From Actinomycetota bacterium (GTDB lineage Bacteria > Actinomycetota > Acidimicrobiia > Acidimicrobiales > CAIXPF01), in the NCBI GenBank assembly GCA_016870475.1, contig VGBO01000002.1:17403-81402 (forward strand): 64,000 nt of DNA. Reading direction: 5' to 3'. A model generated the notes under the pieces. The model had not been told where the DNA came from, made no database searches, and worked only from the letters and a program-made list of their open reading frames with translations. Below, in pieces: positions 48,725 to 57,295 of the stretch; the first letter of the stretch is position 1, and each line of letters opens with the position of its first letter. The translations under genes and the position numbers were made by a program.

Positions 48725-49639
48725 ATGGACATCGCGATCACCGGGGCGAGCGGCCTCATCGGCACCGCCCTCACCAGCGAGCTACAGACCGCGGGCCACC
48801 GGGTGGTGCGCGTGGTGCGGGGTCGGCACCCGGGTGCGGACGAGATCGGCTGGGATCCGCATCGGGGGACCATCGACGCCGCCGGGTTCGAAGGGCTCGA
48901 CGCGGTCGTCCACCTCGCCGGCGAGGGCATCGCCACCCGCCGCTGGAACGACGAGCACAAGCGCTCGATCCGGGAGAGCCGCACCTCGGGCACGTCACTC
49001 ATCGCCCGCACCCTCGCCGAGGCGACCAACGGTCCGAAGCGGTTCCTGTCCGGTTCGGCGATCGGGATCTACGGCGACCGGGGCGACCAGGTGCTCACCG
49101 AGGTGTCGGAGGCCTCCGACCGGTTCCTCGCCCGTGTCGTGGTCGACTGGGAGGCGGCGGCGGGCGCGGCGGTCGAGGCGGGGATCTCCACGGCGTTCCT
49201 GCGCACCGGCATCGTGCTCGACCCCGGTGGTGGTGCGCTCGGGAAGATGCTCCCGCTGTTCCGGTTCGGTCTCGGCGGCCGTCTCGGTTCGGGGCGGCAG
49301 TACTGGAGCTGGATCTCCATGGCCGACGAGGTCGGGGCGATCCGCTTCCTCCTCGAGCGGGCCGACGTGACCGGACCGGTGAACCTGACCGCGCCCACAC
49401 CCGTGACGAACGCAGCGTTCACCCGGACGCTGTCGTCGGTGCTGCGGCGCCCGGCCGTCTTCCCCGTCCCGGCGTTCGGCCCGAAGCTGCTGCTCGGCGC
49501 CGAGCTCGCCGAGGAGCTGCTGTTCTGTTCGGCCCGGGTGGATCCGGCCGTGCTCGGCGCAGCCGGGTACATCTTCGAGGACCCCACGCTCGAGGGTGCG
49601 CTGCGTCGCCTCCTCGGCGGCGCCTCCGCCACCCGGTAG
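48725..49639 (+). CDS. TIGR01777/YfcH-type epimerase-family protein (SDR + DUF1731)
   Basis: ATG at 48725 with GGAGGAG upstream. 'MDIAITGASGLIGTAL', 'GRQYWSWISMADEV' and 'GPVNLTAPTPVTNAAF'. Confidence 0.85.
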   Translation: MDIAITGASGLIGTALTSELQTAGHRVVRVVRGRHPGADEIGWDPHRGTIDAAGFEGLDAVVHLAGEGIATRRWNDEHKRSIRESRTSGTSLIARTLAEATNGPKRFLSGSAIGIYGDRGDQVLTEVSEASDRFLARVVVDWEAAAGAAVEAGISTAFLRTGIVLDPGGGALGKMLPLFRFGLGGRLGSGRQYWSWISMADEVGAIRFLLERADVTGPVNLTAPTPVTNAAFTRTLSSVLRRPAVFPVPAFGPKLLLGAELAEELLFCSARVDPAVLGAAGYIFEDPTLEGALRRLLGGASATR

Positions 49640-49667
49640 CGGCGGCGCCCTCGGTACCGTCATCGAC

Positions 49668-50123
49668 GTGACCTCCACCGCGCCGTCCCACCGCGTCGTC
49701 TCCGTCAGCCGGACGATCGCCGCCGACCCGTCGACGATCTTCGAGCTCCTCGACGACCCGGCCCGGCACCCCGACTTCGACGGGTCGGGCACGGTGCTGT
49801 CGTCTCGTGCCGGAAGCCGTCACCTGCAACTCGGTGACCGCTTCGGCATGGACATGCGCATGGGCGTGCCCTACCGCATGACGAACACGGTTGTGGAGTA
49901 CGAGCGTGACCGGCTGATCGCCTGGGCGCACCAGGGCGGGCACCGGTGGCGCTACGAGCTCACCCCGGTCGACGGAGGGACCGAGGTGACGGAGTCCTTC
50001 GACTGGTCGACCGCGAAGATCCCGCCGTTCATCGAGCTGATCGGCGCGCCGAAGCGCAACGCCGAGGCGATGCGCCGCTCCCTCGAACGGCTCGCCGCGC
50101 TCCTCGAGCAGCCGGGCGCCTGA
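49668..50123 (+). CDS. SRPBCC (START/polyketide-cyclase-like) family protein
   Basis: 'VSRTIAADPSTIFELLDDPARHPDFDGS', 'YRMTNTVVEYERDRLIAW' and 'RWRYELTPVDGGTEVTESFDW'. Confidence 0.75.
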   Translation: MTSTAPSHRVVSVSRTIAADPSTIFELLDDPARHPDFDGSGTVLSSRAGSRHLQLGDRFGMDMRMGVPYRMTNTVVEYERDRLIAWAHQGGHRWRYELTPVDGGTEVTESFDWSTAKIPPFIELIGAPKRNAEAMRRSLERLAALLEQPGA

Positions 50124-50135
50124 GCGCCGTCCTGC

Positions 50136-51386
50136 TCACCCTTCGGCGAGCAGGTCCACGAACCGTGCGGCGGTGTCGATCACCGTTGCGTCGTCGGGCC
50201 CTTCGATCTGGAGCCCGACGGGGGGCGGGGTGCCCGGGACGGGCACGGAGACCGCCGGGAGTCCGGTGCGGTTCGCGAGCCTCGTGTTCGCGACGAGCCG
50301 TGCGGCGAGTGCGGGGTCGGCGGCCTCGGCGATGGTCGGCGGCACGATCGGCATGGTCGTGCCGATGACGACGTCGACGATGGTGAGCACGCCACGGCAG
50401 CGGTGGGTGAGCCGTTCGAGCTCCTCCCGGCCGCGCAAATAGGTGGGAAGGTCGATCTGCGTCCCGTGCTCGAGTCGGGTCCGGACGTCGGCGCCGTAGA
50501 GGTCCGGGCGTTCCGAGAGCATCCGCCGGTGCACGTGGGCGGCCTCGGCGAACATGACCGCCGTCGACGCGGCGAAGGACTCCGCCGCCGTCGGCCAGTC
50601 GACGTCGACCACCTCGAGGCCGGCGCGACGCAACCGGTCGACGACCCGGTCGAGCGCACCCACGACGACGGGGTCGGCGAGATCCGCGCTGCCCTGGTGC
50701 ACCCCGATCCGACGCACCGCCGGCGACGGCGGCGGGCCGACGATCCGCAGCACCTCGGCGAGAGGGCGCAGCAACCGGACGTCCCGGACGAGCCACCCGA
50801 CGTGGTCGAGGGAGGGAGCGAGCGCCAGCACCCCCTCGGTGGTGACGGCGCCACGGGTCGGCTTGTAGCCGACGACCCCGCAGCAGGCGGCGGGGATGCG
50901 GCACGACCCGCCGGTGTCGGTGCCGATGGCGACGTCCGCCTCACCGCCGCCGACGGCGACGGCGCTCCCCGACGACGACCCACCCGGTACCCGACCGGGT
51001 GCGGCCGGGTTCGTCGGGGTGCCGTCGACCGCGTTGATCCCCGTGACGCCGAACGCGAACTCGTGCAGCTTCGCGGAGCCGACGACGAGCGCGCCTGCGG
51101 CCCGCAACGCCGCGACGACCGGGGCGTCCGCGGTCTCCGAGGGCGCACCGGACCGCACCGCCGAACCGGCACGGCGCGGGTGGCCGGCGACGGCGACGAT
51201 GTCCTTCACGCCGAGCCGGACCCCTCGCAGGGGCCCGTCACCGGTCGGGGGCAGCGGCGGGTCGGCGCGCCACACCCACGCGCCGTCGTCGCCGGTCGGT
51301 GGTGGACCGGGCAGTGCCGGGGCCGGGTCGCCGGCGCCGAGGGCGGCGACGACGAGGTCGACGAGCGCGGCGGCGGGTTCGGTCAC
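50136..51386 (-). CDS. Amidase-signature (AS) family amidase
   Basis: GTGA overlap with the upstream gene. 'GVKDIVAVAG', 'GGSSSGSAVAVGGG' and 'GTDTGGSCRIPAACCGVVGYKPT'. Confidence 0.88.
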   Translation of the reverse strand: MTEPAAALVDLVVAALGAGDPAPALPGPPPTGDDGAWVWRADPPLPPTGDGPLRGVRLGVKDIVAVAGHPRRAGSAVRSGAPSETADAPVVAALRAAGALVVGSAKLHEFAFGVTGINAVDGTPTNPAAPGRVPGGSSSGSAVAVGGGEADVAIGTDTGGSCRIPAACCGVVGYKPTRGAVTTEGVLALAPSLDHVGWLVRDVRLLRPLAEVLRIVGPPPSPAVRRIGVHQGSADLADPVVVGALDRVVDRLRRAGLEVVDVDWPTAAESFAASTAVMFAEAAHVHRRMLSERPDLYGADVRTRLEHGTQIDLPTYLRGREELERLTHRCRGVLTIVDVVIGTTMPIVPPTIAEAADPALAARLVANTRLANRTGLPAVSVPVPGTPPPVGLQIEGPDDATVIDTAARFVDLLAEG

Positions 51387-52423
51387 GGCTTCGCTCCACA
51401 GTCGGCGGGATCGACGAGCCACACGTCGTCCCCGAGGTGGTCGGTGAGGGTGCGGTGAAGGCGGGCCAGGCGGTCGTCGCGCCCGTCCCAGACGAGGATC
51501 GCCTCGGCGGCGTGGCGGGCGATCCAGGTGTCCCGCCGCCCGAGCGAGGCGGCTGCGGCGGCGGTGCCGACGGGGGCGACCCGTTCGAGCACGTCGACCC
51601 GTCGCGCCGCGGCGAGCAGTTCGGCGAACCGAGCCCGGCGCGCCGCCGGCCAGCGGGCATCGGGGTCGGGGTAGGGCAGGACCACGTCGAAGGGCACGCC
51701 GACCCGGTGGGCGGCTTCGGCACCGAGGGTCTCCGCGCCGAGCCGCAGCCCGGTGAGCACGACGAGGTCGTCGTGCATGGTGGCCTTGGCGGTGAGCACG
51801 GCGACGAGTCGGTCGACGACGGCGTCGGCGAGCGGGTTCGGGTTGTAGCCGCCGAGCTCGGGCGGCTGGTGGCCGAGCACCGCGACGACGTGGCCGCTCG
51901 CCTCGGTGACGGTCGGCGCGCCTGCGCTCGCCGTGGCGGCACTCGACGTGGCGACCTTGCCTGCCGCCGCCGTGGCCGCCTCGACGGCGAGCTGGTCGGC
52001 GAGGTCGTTCCACCGGTCGCCGGCGTGCCCCTTCACCCAGACGAACTGCACGTCACCGCGGCTTCGGACGAGGTCGACGAAGGGCTCCCACAGGTCGCGG
52101 TTGGCGACCGGTTGGCGTTGGCTGTTCCGCCAGCCCCGGGCGATCCACCCGGACCACCAGCGGTCGGTGAAGCACTTCACGACGTAGGTCGAGTCGCTGC
52201 GCACCTCGAGCGGCCCGTCGAGGGTGCGCACGGCCTCGAACGCCGCGCGGATCTCCATCCGCTGGTTCGTCGTGGGTGACTCGGCGCCGGCGTCGGAGGG
52301 CCCGTCGGGAACGACCCATGCCCATCCTCCGGGGCCGGGGTTCCCCTTGCAGGCCCCGTCCGTGTACACCACCGTCGACGTCACGACGGCGCAGTCTTCC
52401 AGATCGGCCTGCCCCGACGGCAC
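51383..52423 (-). CDS. RNase HI fused to a YpsA/DUF1273-like SLOG domain
   Basis: N-terminal RNase H: 'VYTDGACKGNPGPGGWAW', 'TNQRMEIRAA', 'RSDSTYVV' and 'VKGHAGDRWNDLADQLA'. C-terminal domain: 'VAVLGHQPPELGGYNPNP', 'VLTGLRLGAETLGAEAA', 'VVLPYPDPDARWP' and 'ILVWDGRDD', which align with Bacillus YpsA as I recall it. The start is 52423 or GTG 52384. Confidence 0.8.
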   Translation of the reverse strand: MPSGQADLEDCAVVTSTVVYTDGACKGNPGPGGWAWVVPDGPSDAGAESPTTNQRMEIRAAFEAVRTLDGPLEVRSDSTYVVKCFTDRWWSGWIARGWRNSQRQPVANRDLWEPFVDLVRSRGDVQFVWVKGHAGDRWNDLADQLAVEAATAAAGKVATSSAATASAGAPTVTEASGHVVAVLGHQPPELGGYNPNPLADAVVDRLVAVLTAKATMHDDLVVLTGLRLGAETLGAEAAHRVGVPFDVVLPYPDPDARWPAARRARFAELLAAARRVDVLERVAPVGTAAAAASLGRRDTWIARHAAEAILVWDGRDDRLARLHRTLTDHLGDDVWLVDPADCGAKP

Positions 52424-52446
52424 GTAGTGGCTAGCGTTCCCCGGCG

Positions 52447-53100
52447 ATGACCGACGTGAACGTCGAGCAGCCCGGGGGGTCGGGGAGTCATCGGGCGGCG
52501 ACGATGCCCGTGACCGAGCGCGGCCGTCGCACTCGCGCCCAGCTCGTCGACGCGGCCCGGGTCGTCTTCGAGGAGCGCGGCTACCTCGACGCCCGCATCG
52601 GCGACATCACCGCCCGTGCCGACGTGGCGCACGGCACCTTCTACACCTACTTCGACTCCAAGCAGGAGCTGTTCCGCGAGGTGATGTCGGCGCTGGTGGT
52701 CGACTTCCGGCGGATCGCGGCGGAGGTCCCGATCCGAGGCGATCGGCCCATCGACCGGATCGAGCGTGCGAACCGCGGGTACCTGCGGGCCTACGGTGCC
52801 CACGCCCGCATGATGGGCATGCTCGAGAACGCTGCCCTCCTCGACGACGAGGTGCGGGAGGTGCGGCTCGAGGCGCGGCGTCACTGGGTGGGCCGGGCCG
52901 AGTACACGTTCCGACGGTGGCAGGACGACGGCGTGATCGCCCGCGACATCGACGTCCACTACGCCGCGAACCTCCTCGGTTCGATGGTCGACCGGTTCGC
53001 GTTCGTGTGGCTCGTCCTCGGTGAGCCGTTCGACGAGGAGGAGTCGGTGCGCTCGATGACCCGGCTCTACGGTCGGGCGCTCGGCATCGACGGGGCCTGA
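52447..53100 (+). CDS. TetR-family transcriptional regulator
   Basis: HTH region 'RAQLVDAARVVFEERGYLDARIGDITARADVAHGTFYTYFDSKQELF'. Confidence 0.9.
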   Translation: MTDVNVEQPGGSGSHRAATMPVTERGRRTRAQLVDAARVVFEERGYLDARIGDITARADVAHGTFYTYFDSKQELFREVMSALVVDFRRIAAEVPIRGDRPIDRIERANRGYLRAYGAHARMMGMLENAALLDDEVREVRLEARRHWVGRAEYTFRRWQDDGVIARDIDVHYAANLLGSMVDRFAFVWLVLGEPFDEEESVRSMTRLYGRALGIDGA

Positions 53101-53109
53101 GCCGGCACG

Positions 53110-53763
53110 GTGGCCGCACCGTCGTTCTTCGTCACCGGGGACGCCGACGCCGACGCGTTCCTCGCCACCGACCCGCTCGCGCTCGTGGTCGGCATGCTGC
53201 TCGATCAGCAGATCCCCATCGAGTCGGCGTTCGCGGCACCCCGTCGGCTCGCGGACCGGCTCGCGGCGCTCGACGTCGCGTGGGAGGCGGGGGCGATCGC
53301 CGCGGTCGACGCGTCGGTGTTCCTCGACGTGTTCGGTCGCCGGCCGGCGCTGCACCGCTTCCCGCGTGCCATGGCGACGCGCGTGCAGGCGATGTGCGCT
53401 GCGGTCGCCGAGGACCTCGACGGTGACGTGGCGCGCCTGTGGCGTACGGCGTCCGACGGCGCAACGTTGCACGCGGCGTTGTGTGCCCTGCCCGGGTTCG
53501 GCGACGAGAAGGCTCGCATCCTGCTCGCCGTGCTCGCTAAGCGGTTCGGGGTGCGCCCGTCCGGGTGGCAGGACGCGTGCGCGCCGTTCGGGGACGACCA
53601 GCCGCGGACCGTCGCCGACATCTGCGACCCGACGTCGTTGCAGGCGGTGCGGGCCTGGAAGAAGGCGCAACGCGCCGCCGGCCGCACGAAGGCCGACCCC
53701 ACCGCGGCGGTCAGTACGGGAGCGCCTGGGACCGGTTCCACTCCCGGTCGAGCCATCCCATGA
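53110..53763 (+). CDS. HhH-GPD-type base-excision-repair family protein (uncharacterised subgroup)
   Basis: 'LVVGMLLDQQIPIESAF', 'ALCALPGFGDEKARILLAVL'. Confidence 0.7.
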   Translation: MAAPSFFVTGDADADAFLATDPLALVVGMLLDQQIPIESAFAAPRRLADRLAALDVAWEAGAIAAVDASVFLDVFGRRPALHRFPRAMATRVQAMCAAVAEDLDGDVARLWRTASDGATLHAALCALPGFGDEKARILLAVLAKRFGVRPSGWQDACAPFGDDQPRTVADICDPTSLQAVRAWKKAQRAAGRTKADPTAAVSTGAPGTGSTPGRAIP

Positions 53764-54493
53764 GCAGGGCGACGGCGCGTGGATCGACCGCGAGGTCGTG
53801 CGTGGCGCCGGGGATCAGGCGGAGGTCCGCGGCGCCGTGCCGTGCGGCGAGCGCTCGGGCATCCGCTGCGGGCACGACGTCGTCACCGGTGCCGTGCACG
53901 ACCATGACGGGTCGCGGTGCGAGCGCGGCGGCCGCATCGCCCGGTCGGACGGCACGCAGTTCCTCGGTCCATGCAGCGAAGTCGCGCGGGTGGCCCGGGT
54001 CGGTGACGAGCCCGGCGCGCCGGGAGAACTCGAGCAGACGTCGGGGTTGACGGGCCCAGTCGTCGAAGTCGGCGGCGGCACCGAAGGTGATCACCCCGCC
54101 GACCTCACCGTCGGTCGCCGCGGCGCACAGGGCGAGGGACCCGCCGTGGCCGAACCCTGCGAACCACACCGCGGCCACGTCGTCCTCGGCGCGGAGCCGA
54201 TCCGCCGCCGTCTCGAGGTCGTCGAGCCACCCGCCGAGGGAGAAGTCCCCCTCCGACGGTGCGCACCCCCGGCACAGGACGACGAGCACGACCCAACCGA
54301 GCGTCGACGCGATGCGCTCGGCGAGGTCGTCGAGCCCGGCGACGACGTGATCCCCAGCGGCGGCGTGACGAGGGAAGTCGTGGCACACCAGGAGGCCGGG
54401 CCGTGGCTGCCGGGCACCGTCCGGGCGGGCGACGATCCCGTGGAGCGTCGGCCCGGTCGGTGACCGGAGCTCGATGGGTCGGGGGGTGCTCAC
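53711..54493 (-). CDS. Alpha/beta-fold (dienelactone-hydrolase-like) protein with Gly at the nucleophile position
   Basis: 'GLLVCHDFP'. The elbow reads 'FAGFGHGGSLAL' where GxSxGG is expected. 'VVHGTGDDVVP' and 'PGATHDL' are retained. Confidence 0.7.
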   Translation of the reverse strand: MSTPRPIELRSPTGPTLHGIVARPDGARQPRPGLLVCHDFPRHAAAGDHVVAGLDDLAERIASTLGWVVLVVLCRGCAPSEGDFSLGGWLDDLETAADRLRAEDDVAAVWFAGFGHGGSLALCAAATDGEVGGVITFGAAADFDDWARQPRRLLEFSRRAGLVTDPGHPRDFAAWTEELRAVRPGDAAAALAPRPVMVVHGTGDDVVPAADARALAARHGAADLRLIPGATHDLAVDPRAVALLMGWLDREWNRSQALPY

Positions 54494-54702
54494 GCGGAGA
54501 CGCGCTGTCCCTTCCAGAGCCGGTAGCCGCGGTTGCGGGCCTCGGCGAGCGTGTCGGGACCGAAGCAGAGGAAGGTCTCGGCCTCGAGGAGCTCCTCGAT
54601 GCGGTGGGCCTCCGATTCGGGCAGTTCGTCCACGTCGTAGACGACCTGGGTCCGCTTGTCGCCGAGATAGCGGTTGTGCTCGAAGCGTGTCGGTCGTTCC
54701 AT
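54490..54702 (-). CDS. 70-aa hypothetical protein
   Basis: ATG at 54702, with a GTGA overlap onto the downstream gene. Composition is non-repetitive ('MERPTRFEHNRYLGDKRTQVVYDVDELPESEAHRIEELL...'). Confidence 0.55.
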   Translation of the reverse strand: MERPTRFEHNRYLGDKRTQVVYDVDELPESEAHRIEELLEAETFLCFGPDTLAEARNRGYRLWKGQRVSA

Positions 54703-54755
54703 CGGTCTCTTCCCTAGCAGGTGCGGGGCGGTGTGGCCGGGCTCATCGGCCGGGC

Positions 54756-55253
54756 TCATCGGCCGGGGTCGTCGCCGTCGGCGGGGCGGTCGAGCTCGGC
54801 GAGTTCGGCGAGCGCCGGTTCGAGGACCGGGTCGACGACGCCGATCGCCTCGAAGTACGCGAGCTGGGCGGCGACGATGTCCGCGACGTGGGTGGGGTCG
54901 GGGAAGAAGGCCACCCGGCCGGCCCGCTCGACGATCTCGGCGACGACGGTGTCGGGATCGAGAACGACGGGGCCGCCCTCGAGGTCGAGGTCGCCGCCGG
55001 ATCGGGCGACCCCGCGGGCGTGGAGCACGTCGAGGTGGAGTCGCATGGTCCGCGCGACCTCGTCGTAGCTGAGCTCGGCGGTGTCCCACCGGGGCAGCGC
55101 CTCAGCGACGAACGCGAGCGCTTCGTCACCCTCGAACACGCTGCGTCCGGGTTCGGCGGCGAGGCGTCGGGTGACGGCGCCGAGCGCGACGAGGCCGATG
55201 ACGGCGACGAGGACGACCCCGATCACGGCGAAGACGACGAGCACGCCACCCAC
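54756..55253 (-). CDS. Hypothetical N-terminally anchored membrane protein
   Basis: GTG at 55253. TM helix 'VLVVFAVIGVVLVAVIGLVALGAV' followed by an acidic soluble domain. Confidence 0.55.
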   Translation of the reverse strand: MGGVLVVFAVIGVVLVAVIGLVALGAVTRRLAAEPGRSVFEGDEALAFVAEALPRWDTAELSYDEVARTMRLHLDVLHARGVARSGGDLDLEGGPVVLDPDTVVAEIVERAGRVAFFPDPTHVADIVAAQLAYFEAIGVVDPVLEPALAELAELDRPADGDDPGR

Positions 55254-55348
55254 GGTACGCGCCCGACCGCTGCCGGGCCGACCCGACCGGGGACGCGCCA
55301 CGGGCCGGCCCGAGGGCCGGCCCGTGCAGGATGCCGTGCGGCGTCGAC

Positions 55349-56455
55349 TCAGAGGCCGATGCGCTGCGCGAGGAGCTCCCGGTGGTACGTCGGGTCGCCG
55401 AAGAGCAGCTCGGAGCTCTTGGCACGCTTGAAGTACAGGTGCGCCGGGTGCTCCCAGGTGAAGCCGATGCCGCCGTGGATCTGGATGTTCTCGGCGGAGG
55501 CGTGGAAGTACGCCTCGGAGCAGTAGGCCTTCGACAGCGAGGCGACCGACGGCAGTTCGTCGTTCACCTCGGCCGCGCACCACAGGGCGTAGTAGGCGGC
55601 CGACTTCGCCGACTCGACCTCGAGCAGCATGTCGGCGCACTTGTGCTTGATCGCCTGGAACGAGCCGATCGGACGGCCGAACTGGACGCGCACCTTGGCG
55701 TACTCGACGGCCATGTCGAGGCAGCGCTGGGCGCCGCCCACCTGCTCGGCGGCGAGGGCGACGACGGCGAGGTCGAGCACGGTCGACCAGTCGGCCCAGG
55801 AGAACCCGGCCTTGGCGATCGGGGTGGCCTCGACGCCGTTGAACTCGAGCTTCGCCTGCTTGCGGGTCTGGTCCATGGTGGACAGCGCCGTGCGGGTGAG
55901 CCCTGCGGCCTTGCCGTCGACGGCGTAGAGGCCGAGGCCGCCGCCGGAGGACTTGGCGAGCACGATCACCAGGTCGGCGATGTGCCCGTCGATGACGAAG
56001 GACTTCGTGCCGGTGAGCTTGCCGCCCGACTCGGTCATGGTGACGCCGGCCTCGTCCCAGCGGCCGTTCTCCTCGGTGAAGGCGACCGTGGCGATCGTCT
56101 CACCGGCGGCGATGCCGGGGAGGTAGGTCTTCTTGGCGTCCTCGCTGCCGGCGTGCAGCAGCGTGTTCGCGGCGAGGGCGACGGTGGAGAAGAACGGGGC
56201 GCACAGCAGCGCCTTGCCCATCTCCTCGAGGACGACGCCGAGCTCCACGTAGCCGTAGCCGGAGCCGCCGTAGTTCTCGGGGATGATGAGGCCCTGCAGG
56301 CCCATCTCGGCGCCCATCTGCTGCCAGACGGCGGTGTCGTAGCCCTCGGTGGTGTCCATCAGGCGACGGACCTCGGTCTCGGGCGACTTGGCGTCGAGGA
56401 ACTGCCGCACGACCTTGCGGAGTTCCTCCTGTTCCTCGGAGAAGGCGAAGTTCAT
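55349..56455 (-). CDS. Acyl-CoA dehydrogenase
   Basis: ATG at 56455. 'MNFAFSEEQEELRKVVRQFL', 'GLIIPENYGGSG', 'QFGRPIGSFQAIKHKCADM' and 'QIHGGIGFTWEH'. Confidence 0.92.
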   Translation of the reverse strand: MNFAFSEEQEELRKVVRQFLDAKSPETEVRRLMDTTEGYDTAVWQQMGAEMGLQGLIIPENYGGSGYGYVELGVVLEEMGKALLCAPFFSTVALAANTLLHAGSEDAKKTYLPGIAAGETIATVAFTEENGRWDEAGVTMTESGGKLTGTKSFVIDGHIADLVIVLAKSSGGGLGLYAVDGKAAGLTRTALSTMDQTRKQAKLEFNGVEATPIAKAGFSWADWSTVLDLAVVALAAEQVGGAQRCLDMAVEYAKVRVQFGRPIGSFQAIKHKCADMLLEVESAKSAAYYALWCAAEVNDELPSVASLSKAYCSEAYFHASAENIQIHGGIGFTWEHPAHLYFKRAKSSELLFGDPTYHRELLAQRIGL

Positions 56456-56500
56456 GCGGGCGACCCTAGCGGTGGTGGGTCTCGCCGTCGACACGAGATG

Positions 56501-56517
56501 TGTACACGCGTGCTACA
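56501..56517. promoter_or_regulatory. Imperfect palindrome TGTACACGCGTGCTACA immediately upstream of the antitoxin start (candidate TA operator)
   Basis: Read directly. The structure is TGTA-c-ACGCGT-gc-TACA, ending 2 nt before ATG 56520. Confidence 0.4.
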
Positions 56518-56519
56518 CC

Positions 56520-56831
56520 ATGGGGGTGGACTTGGACGACGACCCCGGACGCGCCCGACTCGGGGTCCGCGACCTCCGCAACCACGTCGCGGCGGCGCTG
56601 CGACGTGCCGAGTCGGGCGAACGGATCGTGATCACCGTCGACGGACGCCCCGTCGCCCAGCTCGGTCCGTTGCGTCCCGACCGCGGTGCCCCCACGCTCG
56701 CCGATCTCGCGGCGACGGGGTTGCTCGAACCACCACGGGTCGATCGCGCCGCCGTGGTCGACGCCGACCTCGTCGATCCACCCGTCGACGTGCGGGTCGA
56801 CCGCATCCTCGACGAGCTGCGGGGCCGCTGA
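56520..56831 (+). CDS. Phd/YefM-family antitoxin
   Basis: 'LGVRDLRNHVAAALRRAESGERIVITVDGRPVAQLGPL'. Confidence 0.85.
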   Translation: MGVDLDDDPGRARLGVRDLRNHVAAALRRAESGERIVITVDGRPVAQLGPLRPDRGAPTLADLAATGLLEPPRVDRAAVVDADLVDPPVDVRVDRILDELRGR

Positions 56832-56832
56832 C

Positions 56833-57273
56833 GTGGCGTCCGCACCGACCGCCGTGGGCAGCCCGCTCTACGTCGACTCCTCCGCGCTGCTTCGTCGGTA
56901 CGTCCGCGCGCCGGGCAGCGCCCTCGTCCTCGACACCATGCGCCGACACCCGGACTGGTGCGCCTCGACCCTGTGCCGGACCGAGACCCAGCTCGCGCTG
57001 CGCCGAGCGTCGGCCTACGCCGAGCAGCAGCAGCGCCTCTGGTCGGCGCTGCAGGCCGACTGGGACGCGTTCTGGGTGGTCCCCCTCGACGGGCGGGCCC
57101 TCGCTCGGGCGACCGAGCTCGGTGCGGCGTTCGGGCTCCGCACGATCGACGCGCTGCACCTCGCGTCGGCCGATCGCCTGCCACGTCCGGCCGCCTACCT
57201 GACCTTCGACCGTCGCCAGATCCCCGCCGCGGCGGCCCTCGGCCTCGAGGTCGTCTCCCCCGTCGAGGACTGA
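56833..57273 (+). CDS. vapC: PIN-domain toxin (VapC-like)
   Basis: GTG lies 1 nt after the antitoxin stop. PIN acidic residues are in 'LYVDSSALL', 'CRTETQLAL', 'LRTIDALHLASA' and 'LTFDRRQ'. Confidence 0.85.
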   Translation: MASAPTAVGSPLYVDSSALLRRYVRAPGSALVLDTMRRHPDWCASTLCRTETQLALRRASAYAEQQQRLWSALQADWDAFWVVPLDGRALARATELGAAFGLRTIDALHLASADRLPRPAAYLTFDRRQIPAAAALGLEVVSPVED

Positions 57274-57295
57274 CGGTCGGGGCTATCGTGCCGAC

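Noticed and set aside
48594-49370. A 258-aa plus-strand ORF overlapping the lpd upstream region and the YfcH-like gene.
   Set aside because: It is Arg/Pro/Gly/Ser-rich and out of frame with the clearly supported TIGR01777-type gene (48725..49639).
53711-53763. A 53-bp convergent overlap of the HhH-GPD gene and the alpha/beta-fold gene as an antisense regulatory feature.
   Set aside because: The overlap involves only a low-complexity C-terminal tail of the plus-strand ORF ('...TGAPGTGSTPGRAIP'). That tail may simply be a late stop. There is no further supporting signal.
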